Positions 1 to 12,193 of a stretch of DNA of 64,000 nucleotides are shown here, in pieces; within the stretch, counting starts at the first letter, position 1, and the number at the start of each line of letters is the position of its first letter. The DNA is taken from the NCBI GenBank assembly GCA_030141605.1, contig JAQGDQ010000230.1, forward strand, positions 62,001 to 126,000. Direction: 5' to 3'. This stretch comes from Tubiluchus corallicola. Taxonomy: Eukaryota; Animalia; Priapulida. Below the pieces are notes generated by a model that saw nothing but the letters and a program-made list of their open reading frames with translations, was not told where the DNA came from and ran no database searches. The position numbers were made by a program, and so were the translations under genes.

Positions 1-471
1 TCAGTGCTATAGTCCTATGAAATTGGTTGTTGTTGATAACCGTTTGTGAAGTAAATTCCAAGTTACTGTAGCATTTCTATATATATATATAATTATTGGT
101 TTTAGGAAGAAACTAGGTATCATGGCGGGTGGATTTTCTAGTGTAATAAACTCTTCACAGCAAGCCACATAGTTTAACAGAGCCTGGCGCAGGTGCATAG
201 CATTTTTATAAAGCTAGCCCAGAATGTAAAGCACTGGATTACTTTCTTGGTCATAATGGAAATAAATGTTTCAAAAGTTGTTAAAATCTAATGAGTCCTT
301 CCTTGTTCCTGTGCCCCATTACTTCACAAAGTAATGAGGAACGCTCAACTTAGCTTGTTGCATGTTGGACCAACTTTTTTGCCAAGTTTCACGTGATTTT
401 TATGTACAGAACTGGAGATATTAAATTTCTGGTTACCTGGCTAGTTGTTTGTGAATCTTTCTTCCATTGTA

Positions 472-1373
472 TAGTAGGCACCACTTAATAGACTCACTTT
501 GGGACCGACGTGTTTTGACCCAATTAACCGACTGAACCTATTAACCGGTGAGTGTAGTATTACAGGTATAGAAGTGTGAGTCATCAGCTTACTATGCACA
601 GCAAAGGTTTTTAATAAATTATAGAAACGAAGTAATACCTAAATTCCTTTGTGCAGTTAAAAATCAGAAAAAATATTTTAAAATATTAATTTATATAAGC
701 GAATTAGCAATAAATTAAAAAGTATACTTTTCTAAGTCTGTTTATTTGCAAAAATTACAAAAAATCCTTCAAATTGCCTCATTTTCTCGCGAAGAAGTTA
801 GCCCAGAAAGTTATCGTAATTATAAAAACGTTGAAAATCAGTTGTTGTGCATGACTAAAACAGTTCTGAATCGTCTGCTCGCTTACATTGCTCTTATTTG
901 CTATATGACATTTACTCTTGTAAATCACAAGGAATACCGGCTGATTACTGTACCTGTATCTTTGACTGTTAACTCATTAAGCCTGAAAGCGTGAAATGAG
1001 AGCATCAAAAGGAAACCGCTAGGTAAGTGATTAAATGTTTAGCTTCCAGAAATTCTTTGGGCAACAGTGGGCGAACGGGTAACAGATTCAAAGCAAAACC
1101 GCTACCCTAGCATATTAGCGCATGATAAACGTACCTGCTTGCAAACAAAACGGTACCTAACATGATTGTTTCTGCAAAGGCTCTTTGGGCACATACAAAT
1201 ATCTTATTTTAAGTAGGTGAAGGAAAAACATTGAGTCAATTATGCGGAGTTATTTGAGTCAATTATCGATAGTTTTTATGTATATTTCAATAGAAGTGGC
1301 CCGTTCCAGGCATTTTTGAGTCAATTAAGTGATTGAGTCTATTGACCGTGAGTCTATTAAGCGGTGCCTACTG
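472..1373. mobile_element. Non-autonomous Tc1/mariner (pogo/Tigger-like) DNA transposon
   Basis: About 25-bp terminal inverted repeats (t)agtaggcaccacttaatagactcac / gtgagtctattaagcggtgcctactg. TA at the left flank, repeated subterminal gagtcaatta motifs, no transposase ORF. Confidence 0.75.
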
Positions 1374-1469
1374 AACATGCAAGTTAACCTTGGTGAATTT
1401 TAGCATGAACAAGTACATAATCATCTTGGACTGGCCACGTGCTGCATTGTCTTGTTTTATCTTGTAATA

Positions 1470-1638
1470 CAGTCAAACCCCGTTACAACGCCCTGTTTTT
1501 AATGCCAGCCTTGCTTAACGCCCATATTTTTGGCAAAACAAAATGCCTGTATCATACAGGCATGTATGTATTACTGCACATCCATATAATGCCATTGTTT
1601 ATTGCAGTCTCAAAATAGGCAGTGTAGAGGTTTGACTG
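1470..1638. mobile_element. Small Tigger-like MITE
   Basis: TA|cagtcaaacc ... ggtttgactg 10-bp inverted termini. Confidence 0.55.
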
Positions 1639-1740
1639 ATCATTGCCTTAAAATGCATATTTAGTCCGTGTGATTGTAACACAAGTAGTTGACTTGAATG
1701 CAGTTACAGTATCCTATGTAGCTGTGCCTGCTTATTTCAG

Positions 1741-1862
1741 AGCTCTCAGGGATTTCTCCCAGTTTCTAAAGAAGAGGAAGGAGAGATGTTTCAGTACACA
1801 GAACCTGTGATAGACATGTGCGGACCAGATCACCCAAATGCAAAGCAAATTGAAGACGAAAG
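1741..1862 (+). CDS. Penultimate coding exon of an unidentified gene (5' part lies outside the window)
   Basis: Acceptor cttatttcag| and donor |gtacag. Open frame SSQGFLPVSKEEEGEMFQYTEPVIDMCGPDHPNAKQIEDE(R); its phase-2 end joins in frame to the 2286 exon. Confidence 0.75.
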
Positions 1863-2285
1863 GTACAGGATCATTTATTATTTCCTTCTTAGTAAATAGA
1901 CCGAAAACCAAATTTTTGTCCACAGTTTTGTGCGACTTCTTTCACAGGCTACATGCAGGAGTGGCCTAGTAAGCCCCCAGCACATATCTTATCTGTAATA
2001 CCCTTTGCACAAAAAATATGTGAACCAAAATGTCTATATTGTGCAAAGCAATATTAATCTTGATGGTACATGTTTACATATGTTCCAGTAATGTTAGTCA
2101 TTTGTTGCTCAACTTTCATGTGGCTGTTCAAGATCGTTTTGGGGCTTCTCGAAAAATTTTCTTTTTGCAAAACTGAAACAGCTGTGTTGAATGCATTTCT
2201 GATTGTCCATTAAGCTTGTCTTCTGAAACAACTTGTGTTGTGTTTTGTGATTTTACAAATTATGCAAGTGCTTTTTGTTTGTCAG

Positions 2286-2475
2286 GTTTTTAGTGCATCT
2301 ACGAGCAACGGAAGAAAATGAGAAAGCAGGTGGTTACACTATTAAGCTGGCATGCTTGCGTGCTATTCAAGAAGCCATCTCAGGTCTTTACTTCACACCT
2401 GTGAAGGAAGAACTAGTTGATTCTAGTTTAGAAGATAACTACTCCGAAGTTGATATGGAGATTTCATCATCTTGA
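2286..2475 (+). CDS. Terminal coding exon of the same unidentified gene
   Basis: Acceptor ttttgtttgtcag|. Reads (R)FLVHLRATEENEKAGGYTIKLACLRAIQEAISGLYF...DMEISSS-TGA, with AATAAA at 2735-2740. Family not recognised. Confidence 0.75.
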
Positions 2476-3168
2476 TGTAAAAACGTGGTAGATACTTCTC
2501 ATAATTATCTACGACTTTTTGAGCAAGCATGCTCACATACACAAAGTCGCCTTATGTCAGTTTAAAGTTTAGTCAAATTCAAATGATTAATCCTTGTATT
2601 ATCTGAATGACAAGTTTAATGTCGCTATGCATATTGCTGTATGTAGTGTGGTAAACTGTACAGAAAGATCTCAAGAGTTTTAGTGCATCAGCCCTTGTTA
2701 TTACTCGCAATTGTTACCTGTATGATATATTGTAAATAAAGAGATATAATGTATTTGTCAAATACAGTCTTTCACAGAGAGAAGTTACAGTATTTTACTT
2801 TAGTTTTGTACAAAAGCTGTTATAAAAATAAGCTAGTTAAGACATAGTGGTAAATTATGAAATGCTAACAGGAATGACGCTTTCTGCATTTGCTTTATAA
2901 AGTATGCAGTTTGCGTAAAGCACTAAAAAATCACATTTCATTTCGTAACACAAAGATCTTTAACTCCACTGTGGATTTTCGAGGCAAAGAAGCACCTGTG
3001 AAAGTATAAATTTGCCGTAAAACTGCTTATATAATGACAGTAAAAAACATTGATTTAGCACACTGAAATCTGAATATTATTATCGGTGATTAAGTAGTGC
3101 CTAAGCTCAGAGCATATAAATTTGCTAGAATCAAAACAGTAGTTAGCCAACAGTAGTGAGCCATAATT

Positions 3169-3998
3169 TTAACCCTCTTGAGCTACCATTTCTCTGGCTA
3201 CTTGAAAAGAGGATATTAAAGAACCAGTTTGGATTTTTTCGCTTGTTCCAGATGCTAGACGAAACTCTGTTTCAGCTAACTTTTCTAGCAAATATAATCG
3301 CACTTGAACAGGAAAGTCAATACGATGAACATACTGATGTACCTCTGTCAAAATATCCTGCAGTGCAAGCCCTTTTGCAGTTTTCAATGCCATGACTTTA
3401 TTAAATGCAGAAGTGAAGTCTTCATTCAGCATCCAGTTAACTATATTTGAAATGTCAATGCGTAATGGATGACCAACACATGTATAAACATTGTCTTCAT
3501 TTACTATGTCATATGCCATAGATGCACACTGCAGAATATTGAGCAGCTTTCGCATGTCGCCATTTGCTAAAGTCAGTAATGCTTTTCTTCCGTCCTCTGT
3601 AACATTGACGTTTTCTGTAGAAATTACATGGCCTAATCGTGGCATCATTTGCTCTGCGGTCAACGGTGCAAAGCGAAATCTTGTACACCTGGACTGCAAA
3701 GCTGGTATGATCTTTGAGAGGTAATTGCATATTATACAGAATCTCGTATTCTCCGTAAACTTCTCTATGATTCTTCGTAAAGCATTCTGGGCATCCTTTG
3801 TCATAGCATCAGCTTCATCTAGGATTACAAGTTTGAAGCCCCTTTTGAAGATTGTTCGAGTGCTGGCAAAGTTTAGCACCTGACCTCTGACTATCCCTAT
3901 ACCTCTATCATCTGATGCATTCAGTTCTAATACCATTGAGTTGAATTCTGATGGAGTAAAAATCTGTTTAGCACAAGCTAAGATTGTAGATGTTTTAC
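3169..3998 (-). CDS. RFC5: Replication factor C subunit 5, coding exon 2 (terminal)
   Basis: GKTSTILACAKQ, LELNASDDRGI, Walker B LVILDEADAMT, SRC motif (ALQSRCTRFRF) and GDMRK. Acceptor catttt-ag at 4000-3999; stop at 3169. Confidence 0.96.
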
Positions 3999-5410
3999 CT
4001 AAAATGCACAAAGTTATTCAAAGTAAAATTTAGAAGACAAGAGCTGAACTGTTACAATTAACGTTTGTTCTACAAATCTTTATAGTTGCAATTTAAATAT
4101 GCAAAGGCTCCCCTTATGAATGTATCAGGAAATGCAGGCAATGACTTTTTTGACTTTAAAGACATTTACAAGAATGAGTGTTCAAAACTTTACCTACATA
4201 CAACATACTTTTTAACTAATTACAAGGCGCCGCCTGCAAGAGCTCACATTTGCTTTTTTATTTTCTAAACTATGTACAACTGGTGGTGAGGACTTGCCAA
4301 GGAAATGGGGGAAAAAGCAGGTACAGAAATCGCAAATTCACACAAGATATCTGATGCAGAGAACTGTTGCGCACACTAGTGCAGAAAGGTACAGAGAGCC
4401 ATGTTTTGCGTTAATCTTTTCTTACACCTTGTAAAACCATTATACAAAGAAAAAAATTAATTTTCTGAAAACTTTAAATTTAGTTGATAGTTGTGACACT
4501 TGTGTGCTTCATTCATTTTCATCACTAGTAACACAAATAACAAATAACTTGGAAGTTATCTAGAGCCTAGAAATGGGAAACATGATTTAAAAAATCTGTG
4601 CCGTTCAACTAGATAATGACGTTAATGTGATAATTAAGTGATAATGTTTTTTATGTTTTTTAATGTTAATGTTTATATTGAACAATTTTTCTGTTAATAC
4701 AACTGCACTGTCTCATTGCAGCTTAGGGATGCACCAAATACTCGGATTACCAAGTTTTTTCCCCCGAATATCACTATAAAAATCCAATCCAGCAAACTTC
4801 GGTTGTAATCACTAAAGCTTCGGTAAACCTTCAGTATACCGAAGTTACTTTTTTAATAATTGTCGCATTCTGTAAAAAATATGTTAAACAAACTGAGTAA
4901 TTCCGAATAGTGACATTGCACAACTGCCGGCATTTTGCTTTCTGTTCTGCATGACAACTTGAAGAATGTGATGCATCATGCAATAGCGTGGGCATGCTGT
5001 GCTTATACACGATGAAATAAATCAATGAGAACTAGAGCTAGTAAACAATTACACTATTGCAGAGATGCTTAAATACTGTTTTTATAGATTATACAAAATA
5101 GTTTGAAAAGCTTTTGAAAGAGTTATGGCTGCTTTTAAAATACTTAATAAATAGTGCAAGTCTGTCACAAATTATGTACTGATGGCACAATGCCAAGGGA
5201 TGTGATTTTGAACACAGTTGAACATCATATTGGTGAAAGACCATGGCAAAGCTAAAAAGAATATTGTCAATTTTTTTATTTAAAGTACATGTATACATTT
5301 CAAGCTAGCAACATTTGCAAAAACTGTAACACTTGTGTTTGACTTCCTTGCACCTCATTCTATCCAAGATATACAAATACACAATTATGAAAGTTATTTA
5401 ACATTTTTAC

Positions 5411-5573
5411 CTGTACCAGGAGGTCCATAAAACAACAGATGGGGGAGTTTGTCTTCTTTAATGAAACGTGAGATGGTATTTATGATGTCAGCATGAGATA
5501 TTAGATCATCAAGTTTGTTTGGCCTGTATTTTTCTACCCATGGTAGATTCTTTGGTTCCTTTTTCTTATCCAT
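5411..5573 (-). CDS. RFC5: Replication factor C subunit 5, coding exon 1
   Basis: MDKKKEPKNLPWVEKYRP...LPHLLFYGPPGT(G), i.e. RFC box II and Walker A. Donor gt at 5410-5409, phase 1, joins to GKT. An upstream acceptor tttcag at 5595-5594 implies a further 5' exon. Confidence 0.95.
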
Positions 5574-6289
5574 TATTATCCTTGCCGGAAATCCTGAAAT
5601 GATAGACATCATGACATGTAGATACATTATTGATCCATCACTTTGCCCTGCATATGACATCCAATCCAATTCTCTGATGAGCATAATTAAGTGGCACACG
5701 TATCTATGCTAGTATGAAATAGGTTTCATTGATTATATCATTTGTTCATGTCTTAACTGTTCTGTATATGTATAACTTTAGCATGATTTTTACTTCCTTT
5801 GATGGAAAACAAATGAATTAGATCGTCTGTCTACAGGTTTTCTCAAATCGTATTTTATAATTGAAAGTTAAACATGAATAAAATACTGAACAAGTTTGCG
5901 TTAATTCTGCTCCAATATGCTTAGGTCCATTTGTAAACACGTCTGGTATATTCTGGACAAGTGAAAGTGAAACTGCACTAATTAGTTAGGTTCTGGGTGC
6001 ACAATTAAAGGACGTACAAATATGGTGCTATAGCTGGCGCATATAGATCTAAATATTACTACAGTAGGACTTCTACTTTATTATTACTCAGTATACAAAA
6101 TAGCAGATCTGAAAAACAAAACAGAACGGTAACCAAAACAGGAAAAAATCAGTGAAGTGTGACTCGCAGGAACATTTGTGCGGGTTCGTTCAATAGCAAT
6201 GAAGAGGGTCCTGAGTAAGCATCAGTGCTTGCTTGCTTGTGAAGTCTAAGAGACCTAACCACAACATGGTTATTGACGGTCTCCTCAAC

Positions 6290-6595
6290 AATTTGCGAAA
6301 TTGCAGCAACTGTTTCATTGTCAAGTGAATTCCAAGGGCCCGCAACATGAGAAGAGAAGAAATGGGCTCCGATATTAGTGCGAGAGTACTATACAAATAA
6401 TTTGAAATTGTGTCCATGTAAATCACGTAGTGGTCTAGAAAAAAATTTGCACTACGCAAAATAGAACTACCACTAATGACTTTATAACAGTTAAGATCTA
6501 CAGTATCATGGCATTGTTCAAGAGAAGATACAGAGTCAGGTTGAATATCAGAGGCCAGACTAATACACCTCCATTCAGTTCCATCCTAGTTTCCT
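6290..6595 (-). mobile_element. CR1-clade LINE, 3' end of ORF2 (decayed)
   Basis: Minus-strand translation SLEQ..DL..YKVISG...HGHNFKLFV*YSRTNIGAHFFSSHVAGPWNSL resembles the CR1 C-terminal motif RGH.FKL...R...R..FFS.RV...WNSL. Contains stops and frameshifts. Confidence 0.75.
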
Positions 6596-6599
6596 AATA

Positions 6600-7180
6600 A
6601 TCTGCGTTACACAACCAGAATGAATGAGTTTGTCGTAAATTTCTGTAGAACAGGCATGGCATGGCAATTCATTGAAATGTTGGTACAAGGCTTTGGAATG
6701 ACATAAATGATGAATTAAAAACTATTCAGCCAATTCAAAAATTTAAAAAGAAATATAGAGCAATGATTTTCAACAAGTACAACACTTCTTAATATCCTAC
6801 ACCTACTGCAGCAGTCACACCACAATCCTGGTACAGATTATACAAAACAAGACATCACTGATAAATCTTTAGAGCTGATGTAAACATTGCACTCTACTGT
6901 CTTTTTTCCTACTATTTCCACTAACACATTCTTACTGTCCTGTGTGATCTACATTTCTCCCTATTGTTTTTTTGTTCACTCATCCATTCCTTTTTTATCT
7001 GGTTCACATGACAGTGGGCTTATATAAGTCTTTGCTTCTTTAGCCCACTGCAGTACAACTAATCTTTTGTGATAACGATAGTGTATGCAACATAATAATT
7101 TATTACACTATGAAGTAACAGTTTTGATGTTACCATGTATTACACGTCACTATATTGTACTGAATGTGATAATAATAAGA
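6600..7180 (+). mobile_element. L2/Crack-like LINE 3' end nested inside the CR1 copy
   Basis: VGTRLWNDINDELKTIQPIQKFKKKY-type C-terminus, 3' UTR stem cagtgggct (7012-7020) / agcccactg (7042-7050), and an (AAT)n tail. Confidence 0.6.
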
Positions 7181-7199
7181 ACTTCAAACTTACTAAAGC

Positions 7200-7870
7200 A
7201 TTTTTAAAAGTAACATACGGTGGTGACCAAATAATGAATGCATATTCAAGCGTTAGTCTAACTACAGCTTTATAAGAGGTACAATAACTTTTGCACTACG
7301 TGATGAAATACAGCGTTTTATCATGCCAATGCGTCTATTTCTCTCAATCGCTCAATTTCAGATAAGTCAGATTAAAAAATCATTTCATCAGAGGAATTTC
7401 TAATTGGACGGTAAGGTGTTATATCATCAACAAATAGTGGTATACGTGTCAGTGGATACACAATCAGTGACATCATTAATAAAAATAAGAAAACAATAGG
7501 GTCCCAACGAAGTTCCTTGAGAAATGCCATTGGTTATATTGTATCCAGGAAGTGGTTACGCCCTTTAAACCTATTCTTTGCCTTCTGTGCGTTAGAAAAT
7601 AATGAAACCATTGGCATTGGAGTAGTTTCCCTCTTATCTTAAGTCTTTATACCTGCAAATTCCATTTTCAACATGAGACAACGAAGAGGAACGGAATCAA
7701 ATGCTTTTCTAAAATCAATATATCAACTGATGGGAGAGAAAGGTCATCAAAAAATTGGGCCCAATCATTTAGGCATTCAAGAAGATTTGTTACTGTGGAG
7801 AGTAGTAATGAGCCATGTTGATTATTACTGAATTGACCAGTTATTACTGAATTGACTGAATTATTAGTAA
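7200..7870 (-). mobile_element. CR1-clade LINE reverse transcriptase fragment (decayed)
   Basis: Frameshifted RT motifs NQHG..STVTNLLECLNDW, DFRKAFDSVP, GISQGTSLGP..FLIFIND, LFVDD and LEYAFIIWSP. Confidence 0.85.
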
Positions 7871-8019
7871 CCACAAACTCACTATGTTAATATGTTTCTC
7901 TCTACTCTGTTTAAAATCCACGTACATATAACAACAGTTCTCCGTTTTTAGCTGTGCTAATCCTGTTACTGATAACCAGTAAAGAAAACTACTAAAACTT
8001 TTTATAATAAAAATTTAGC

Positions 8020-8260
8020 TGAACTGCGCCGCAACAGAAACCGCGCGTTTTTATGATAAGTGATCGTCAAATGAAACGCGTACTAGACTAAACTACGTTA
8101 CCACTCTATACTCACCCCACTTTTTGAGTACATGTTGTCGGCTGATTATGTTGAAAGTATACAATAAGTATGTTTGCGTTTCGAGGTAAGAGATTTATTT
8201 GCTGTGCAGCAAGATAAATTTCATTAGTAGCTCCGTAAGGCTCTCGACATATAAAGGTAT
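8020..8260. promoter_or_regulatory. Putative bidirectional promoter and first-exon region of RFC5 (-) and GNPAT (+)
   Basis: Local CpG cluster in otherwise CpG-poor DNA. Minus-strand donor gtgagt at 8115-8110 and plus-strand donor gag|gtaaga at 8186. It lies between two divergent genes whose first coding exons both begin with acceptors. Confidence 0.5.
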
Positions 8261-9131
8261 GTTATAGCAATCTGTCAGAAAACTTGTGAGTTTACTACTG
8301 CTTCTAGGGCTATTTTAAAAGTGCATCTGGCAGACTGAAACTACTAGTAGTAGTAGTAATAGTCGTGATATTTCGTTAATAATTTTCTGTAACAGTTACA
8401 CCGTTATACGCATGATATTGTGTATGTAATATTCTACTATAATTTTTTGTCATATATATTGTATGTCTTTATATGCACATGCATGGGCTTTCATGTAAAT
8501 TTATATTAATTTAAATTTTACTTGTTTTCACATAATTAATTATAACAATATATGAAAGTGAAACGGTTACTAAATTTTGACGATTGGTATCACAATTTTT
8601 TTGCTTAGATATAATACTAACGTGCAAACTCCACTTAGGCATTTATGTATCTTAAGTTATAATAATTAATATAGTTATAATAGGGGAAGGACCAAAAAAA
8701 TCATAATCTCCCTTTCTCTTCACCACACTGTTCAAGTTTCAGCATTACTGTTTTTTTACTGAAAATTCATTTAGTTAGTTTAGTTTATTCACATCCATTA
8801 GCACATAAAACAAAACATTCATTAAAAAATAAAAATACAGTGCAACTACTAGCATACTACATAATTAGAATGTGACAAATGAAATACATGTCTTACGTCA
8901 TACTGTCATTTAAAGAATAATGTACAAGTAATGACTGTGCCAATTAACAGTAAGTTATTTGTTACTGCTATTGATGTTATTAAGTAGGACTACTATCTTA
9001 ATTACTCTTACAGCAGTGCTTCTACATGTAATACTGACTGTAGCAGAAGCAGTAGTAGCAGTTGTACCTGTTTGTTCAGAAGACATGTGCTATAACTTTG
9101 TGTATGAATGCTTTTTGTTGCTTTCAGTTTG

Positions 9132-9320
9132 ATGTCAATGGCAAAATATCATAAACCTGGATTTGACGATATACTACACAATCAGCATCGTCCTAGTGAT
9201 TTGAGATGGTCGTTACGTACTTACAAGCCTCCACAGTTCCGCCACCATGTACCAAGGTCACCTAGTGAAGTCAGAGACCATGTGCTCTCAAGCAGCCGTG
9301 TTAATCATACAATTGAACAA
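9132..9320 (+). CDS. GNPAT: Dihydroxyacetone phosphate acyltransferase, coding exon 1 (start may be 9132, 9138 or in an upstream exon)
   Basis: Acceptor ctttcag| at 9127; MSMAKYHKPGFDDIL...SDLRWSLR...VLSSSRVNHTIEQ; donor |gtatgc, phase 0. Confidence 0.8.
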
Positions 9321-9845
9321 GTATGCTTTATCGCTTTTGAAAGCTTTGCGTGATTCAGAAAACTTCATACAAGATTCATACCTATTTTGTTCATACTAAC
9401 ATTTTACAGGAATAAAGTTCAGCCTCGATCATAATCTCTATGGTTATGGAGGGCATTTGTAAACTTCTGCAAAGCTTTTGATATAATTACTGCACCGATT
9501 ATAAATAATAACATTTTCTTAATTCTTTTGCCAGCCTAAACTAACTTTGGGGCCCATTCTGTTTTGTGTTTTAGCTTTGTTTTTGCTGAGAACTTATTAA
9601 ATTGCTTTAAACAAGTGCAAAAGATCAGTAGACAGCAAGACAGGCAGGCAACAGGCAAGCAGGCAGGTAAATAGGCAGTTTTGCAAGATAGACAAACAGG
9701 CTCCTCCTGTTTTCCTTTATGCTATGTAACAACATGGCTTAACCTGATAATTATCAAATGTTAAACATGATCACAATTGCCTCCACTTTAACTACTTTAA
9801 TAAGTTAATAATCACAGATCAGTGGGTCATTAATTATGTTTACAG

Positions 9846-10025
9846 ATTTGTAGTGACGAGGGAAGATCACGTGGTGAAATTGAAAGAGAAGCCGAAGCTG
9901 TGCTTTTAGAGATGGGTCATGAGTTTGGGAATGTGGGTGCAGTTCGATTTTTTGGTTACACATTGTCGAAAGCGTGGCGACAGATGTACAGAGCAATTTA
10001 TGTAAACGAAGATATCATACCAAAG
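9846..10025 (+). CDS. GNPAT: GNPAT coding exon 2
   Basis: tacag| ICSDEGRSRGEIEREAEAVLLEMGHEFGNVGAVRFFGYTLSKAWRQMYRAIYVNEDIIPK |gtgaag; 180 nt, phase 0/0. Confidence 0.92.
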
Positions 10026-10719
10026 GTGAAGGTCAACTTTTCTATAGAAAACAAAGCTTGCATATGAATGATTATCAGTTTCACTTTGCTGGGTATCTAT
10101 GTAGCACAATAGTGATTAAACTCAATTAATTATTGTCTTATGAATAAAACACTGATTACTGTAGTTTCCACAATGCAGGAAGTACTATTAGTGCAGTGTT
10201 TATGGCAAAGAATGGCTAGTGGTTTATGCTTTTGTGCATGTAAAGTCAAAAATTGTTGTGAGTGTTACTGGAATGACAGTTACTTCATTTGTCTGTTGAA
10301 GACTTATTTGACTGGAACTAAAACTCTCAAATCAGTATAATTCACCATCGATGATGTCCTTACCATAATTTGTTTAACTAGGGATCATGGTAGGGACATT
10401 GAAAAATCTAAAGACGAACAGAGCCAGGATTGCAATGCTGCTTGCACTCACTGGCATTTCTGCAAAAAAATTTATTGATTTATGTAAACGTAAAATGGAA
10501 CAGTGCATTTGTTACTGCGGAGTAATCGGTATTTAACATGCATTCAGTTTATTCAAGAATTTGTATCTAAAACTGATATTGCCATTGTTTTTACCCATTT
10601 TGCACATTTGCAGAGAGAATCACTTGTATTTTGGTTTATTAATGATATATACTATTGCAGTGCTGAAGCAAAATTGTAAAATGCCAACGCGTGTTTTGAA
10701 ATATTGTTTTCTTTTTCAG

Positions 10720-10849
10720 CTAAAGACGTTGTATGAAACCTATCCTTTAGTATTCATGCCTAGTCATCGGAGTTACATGGATTTTTTACTCATGTCTTAT
10801 ATAGCTTTTTATTATGATCTTCCTCTTCCTGTGATAACTGCTGGGCAAG
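10720..10849 (+). CDS. GNPAT: GNPAT coding exon 3 (catalytic HXXXXD motif)
   Basis: ttttcag| LKTLYETYPLVFMPSHRSYMDFLLMSYIAFYYDLPLPVITAGQ |gtatac. Confidence 0.96.
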
Positions 10850-11479
10850 GTATACACACTAATATATAACTAATGTAATTAGAAATTTATGGAAATTTTT
10901 AGAGCTTACATTGCTTCATTTGACAAATTAAATACACCTGAAAAATTTAATGCACCTTACCTACCTTTTGGTTGCTAAATTGGCCGAGTTGTCTGCACAA
11001 TTGTGGAATTGTTTCAATCTTTGGCACAAACTTGTTTACATTTTCACACTTCACAAAATTCAGAAAAATTTGAGAAAATTTGACAAGGAAGGCTGTTAGA
11101 ATTTTCTAAAATTACTTGGAGCCCAAGTAACTCCTGCTAGTTAATTGAATTCCTTTATTGGTACTACACTGCTGCTAGCTAGTGTGACACTTAGGAATTA
11201 ATTAGTGTCATTATGACATAAACACGAAAAGCATTCCCAGTCTCAAGATTCTTGTGTGTTTGTATCACATGAGGCAAATACTTACTAATCTGTCGTACTA
11301 AACAGTACAAACGCCTTGTGTATGAACTGCTGTCCTGATATAAAAAAGTGTACTAGTGTTCAGCAGTTGGAAGCTGACAGAAGATTGTAAGAAGCACTTT
11401 CTCAGTTACTCTCATAAGCTTGGTTTTATGAATGTGGACTTGGGGAGCACTGCAGTTTTTTTCTTTGTTGTGTGCAGCC

Positions 11480-12144
11480 AACTGCGCAGCATTTCTGTCA
11501 CTTTCGAAAGACATTTTAAGGATTGTAAACAGTTAACAATTGATGATCTCATTAAGTACAATATTGCTGTATTCATGTGCAAAAGCCAGTTTAATTTGTT
11601 TTTGAAATTTTTTATAAATCCTATAAAGAAAAATATTAAACATCGTAACACTAGGCATAATGAATATTATGTTAAATATTGCAGAACCAACGTTGCTAAA
11701 CACTTTATTTTTTGTAGGTCCAAATGTTTAAAATTCTGTTTCTTGTAATATTAAAACAGTATCAGGGTTACCTAGTTTTAAGAATATGATGAAAACTTAT
11801 CTTTTAAATATATATTAGGTGAACTTGGTCTTGACCTATTCTACCCAAATTGCCTTTACCATGTTAGATGCCATTCACAGTCTGTCCCAGTTCTTCTCTT
11901 TTACTCGCATTACTTACTTACACCATTATTTTACTGTCATGTCATTCCTTTCATTGCTCATTTCTTTTATTCTGCCCCTAACACTTAAAAATACACCATG
12001 TATTGCAGTTGGGCTTTTCAGGTCCTAGCTTTTAGCTCAGTTGCAAGCAGTTGCATATTAATTGTTCACATATTAATTGCTCCCTTGAGTGGAAATTGTT
12101 AGCAATTTTTTTCATTTTGTTTACTCTTGTGTAGTTGTACTTAT

Positions 12145-12193
<49 letters not shown>

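Noticed and set aside
3156-3730. ORFs overlapping RFC5 exon 2 on other frames or the other strand
   Set aside because: Shadow ORFs with no recognisable motifs.
5574-5699. N-terminal extension of the RFC5 ORF given in the ORF track
   Set aside because: It crosses a splice acceptor at 5595-5594; similarity to RFC5 begins at MDKKKEPKNLPW.
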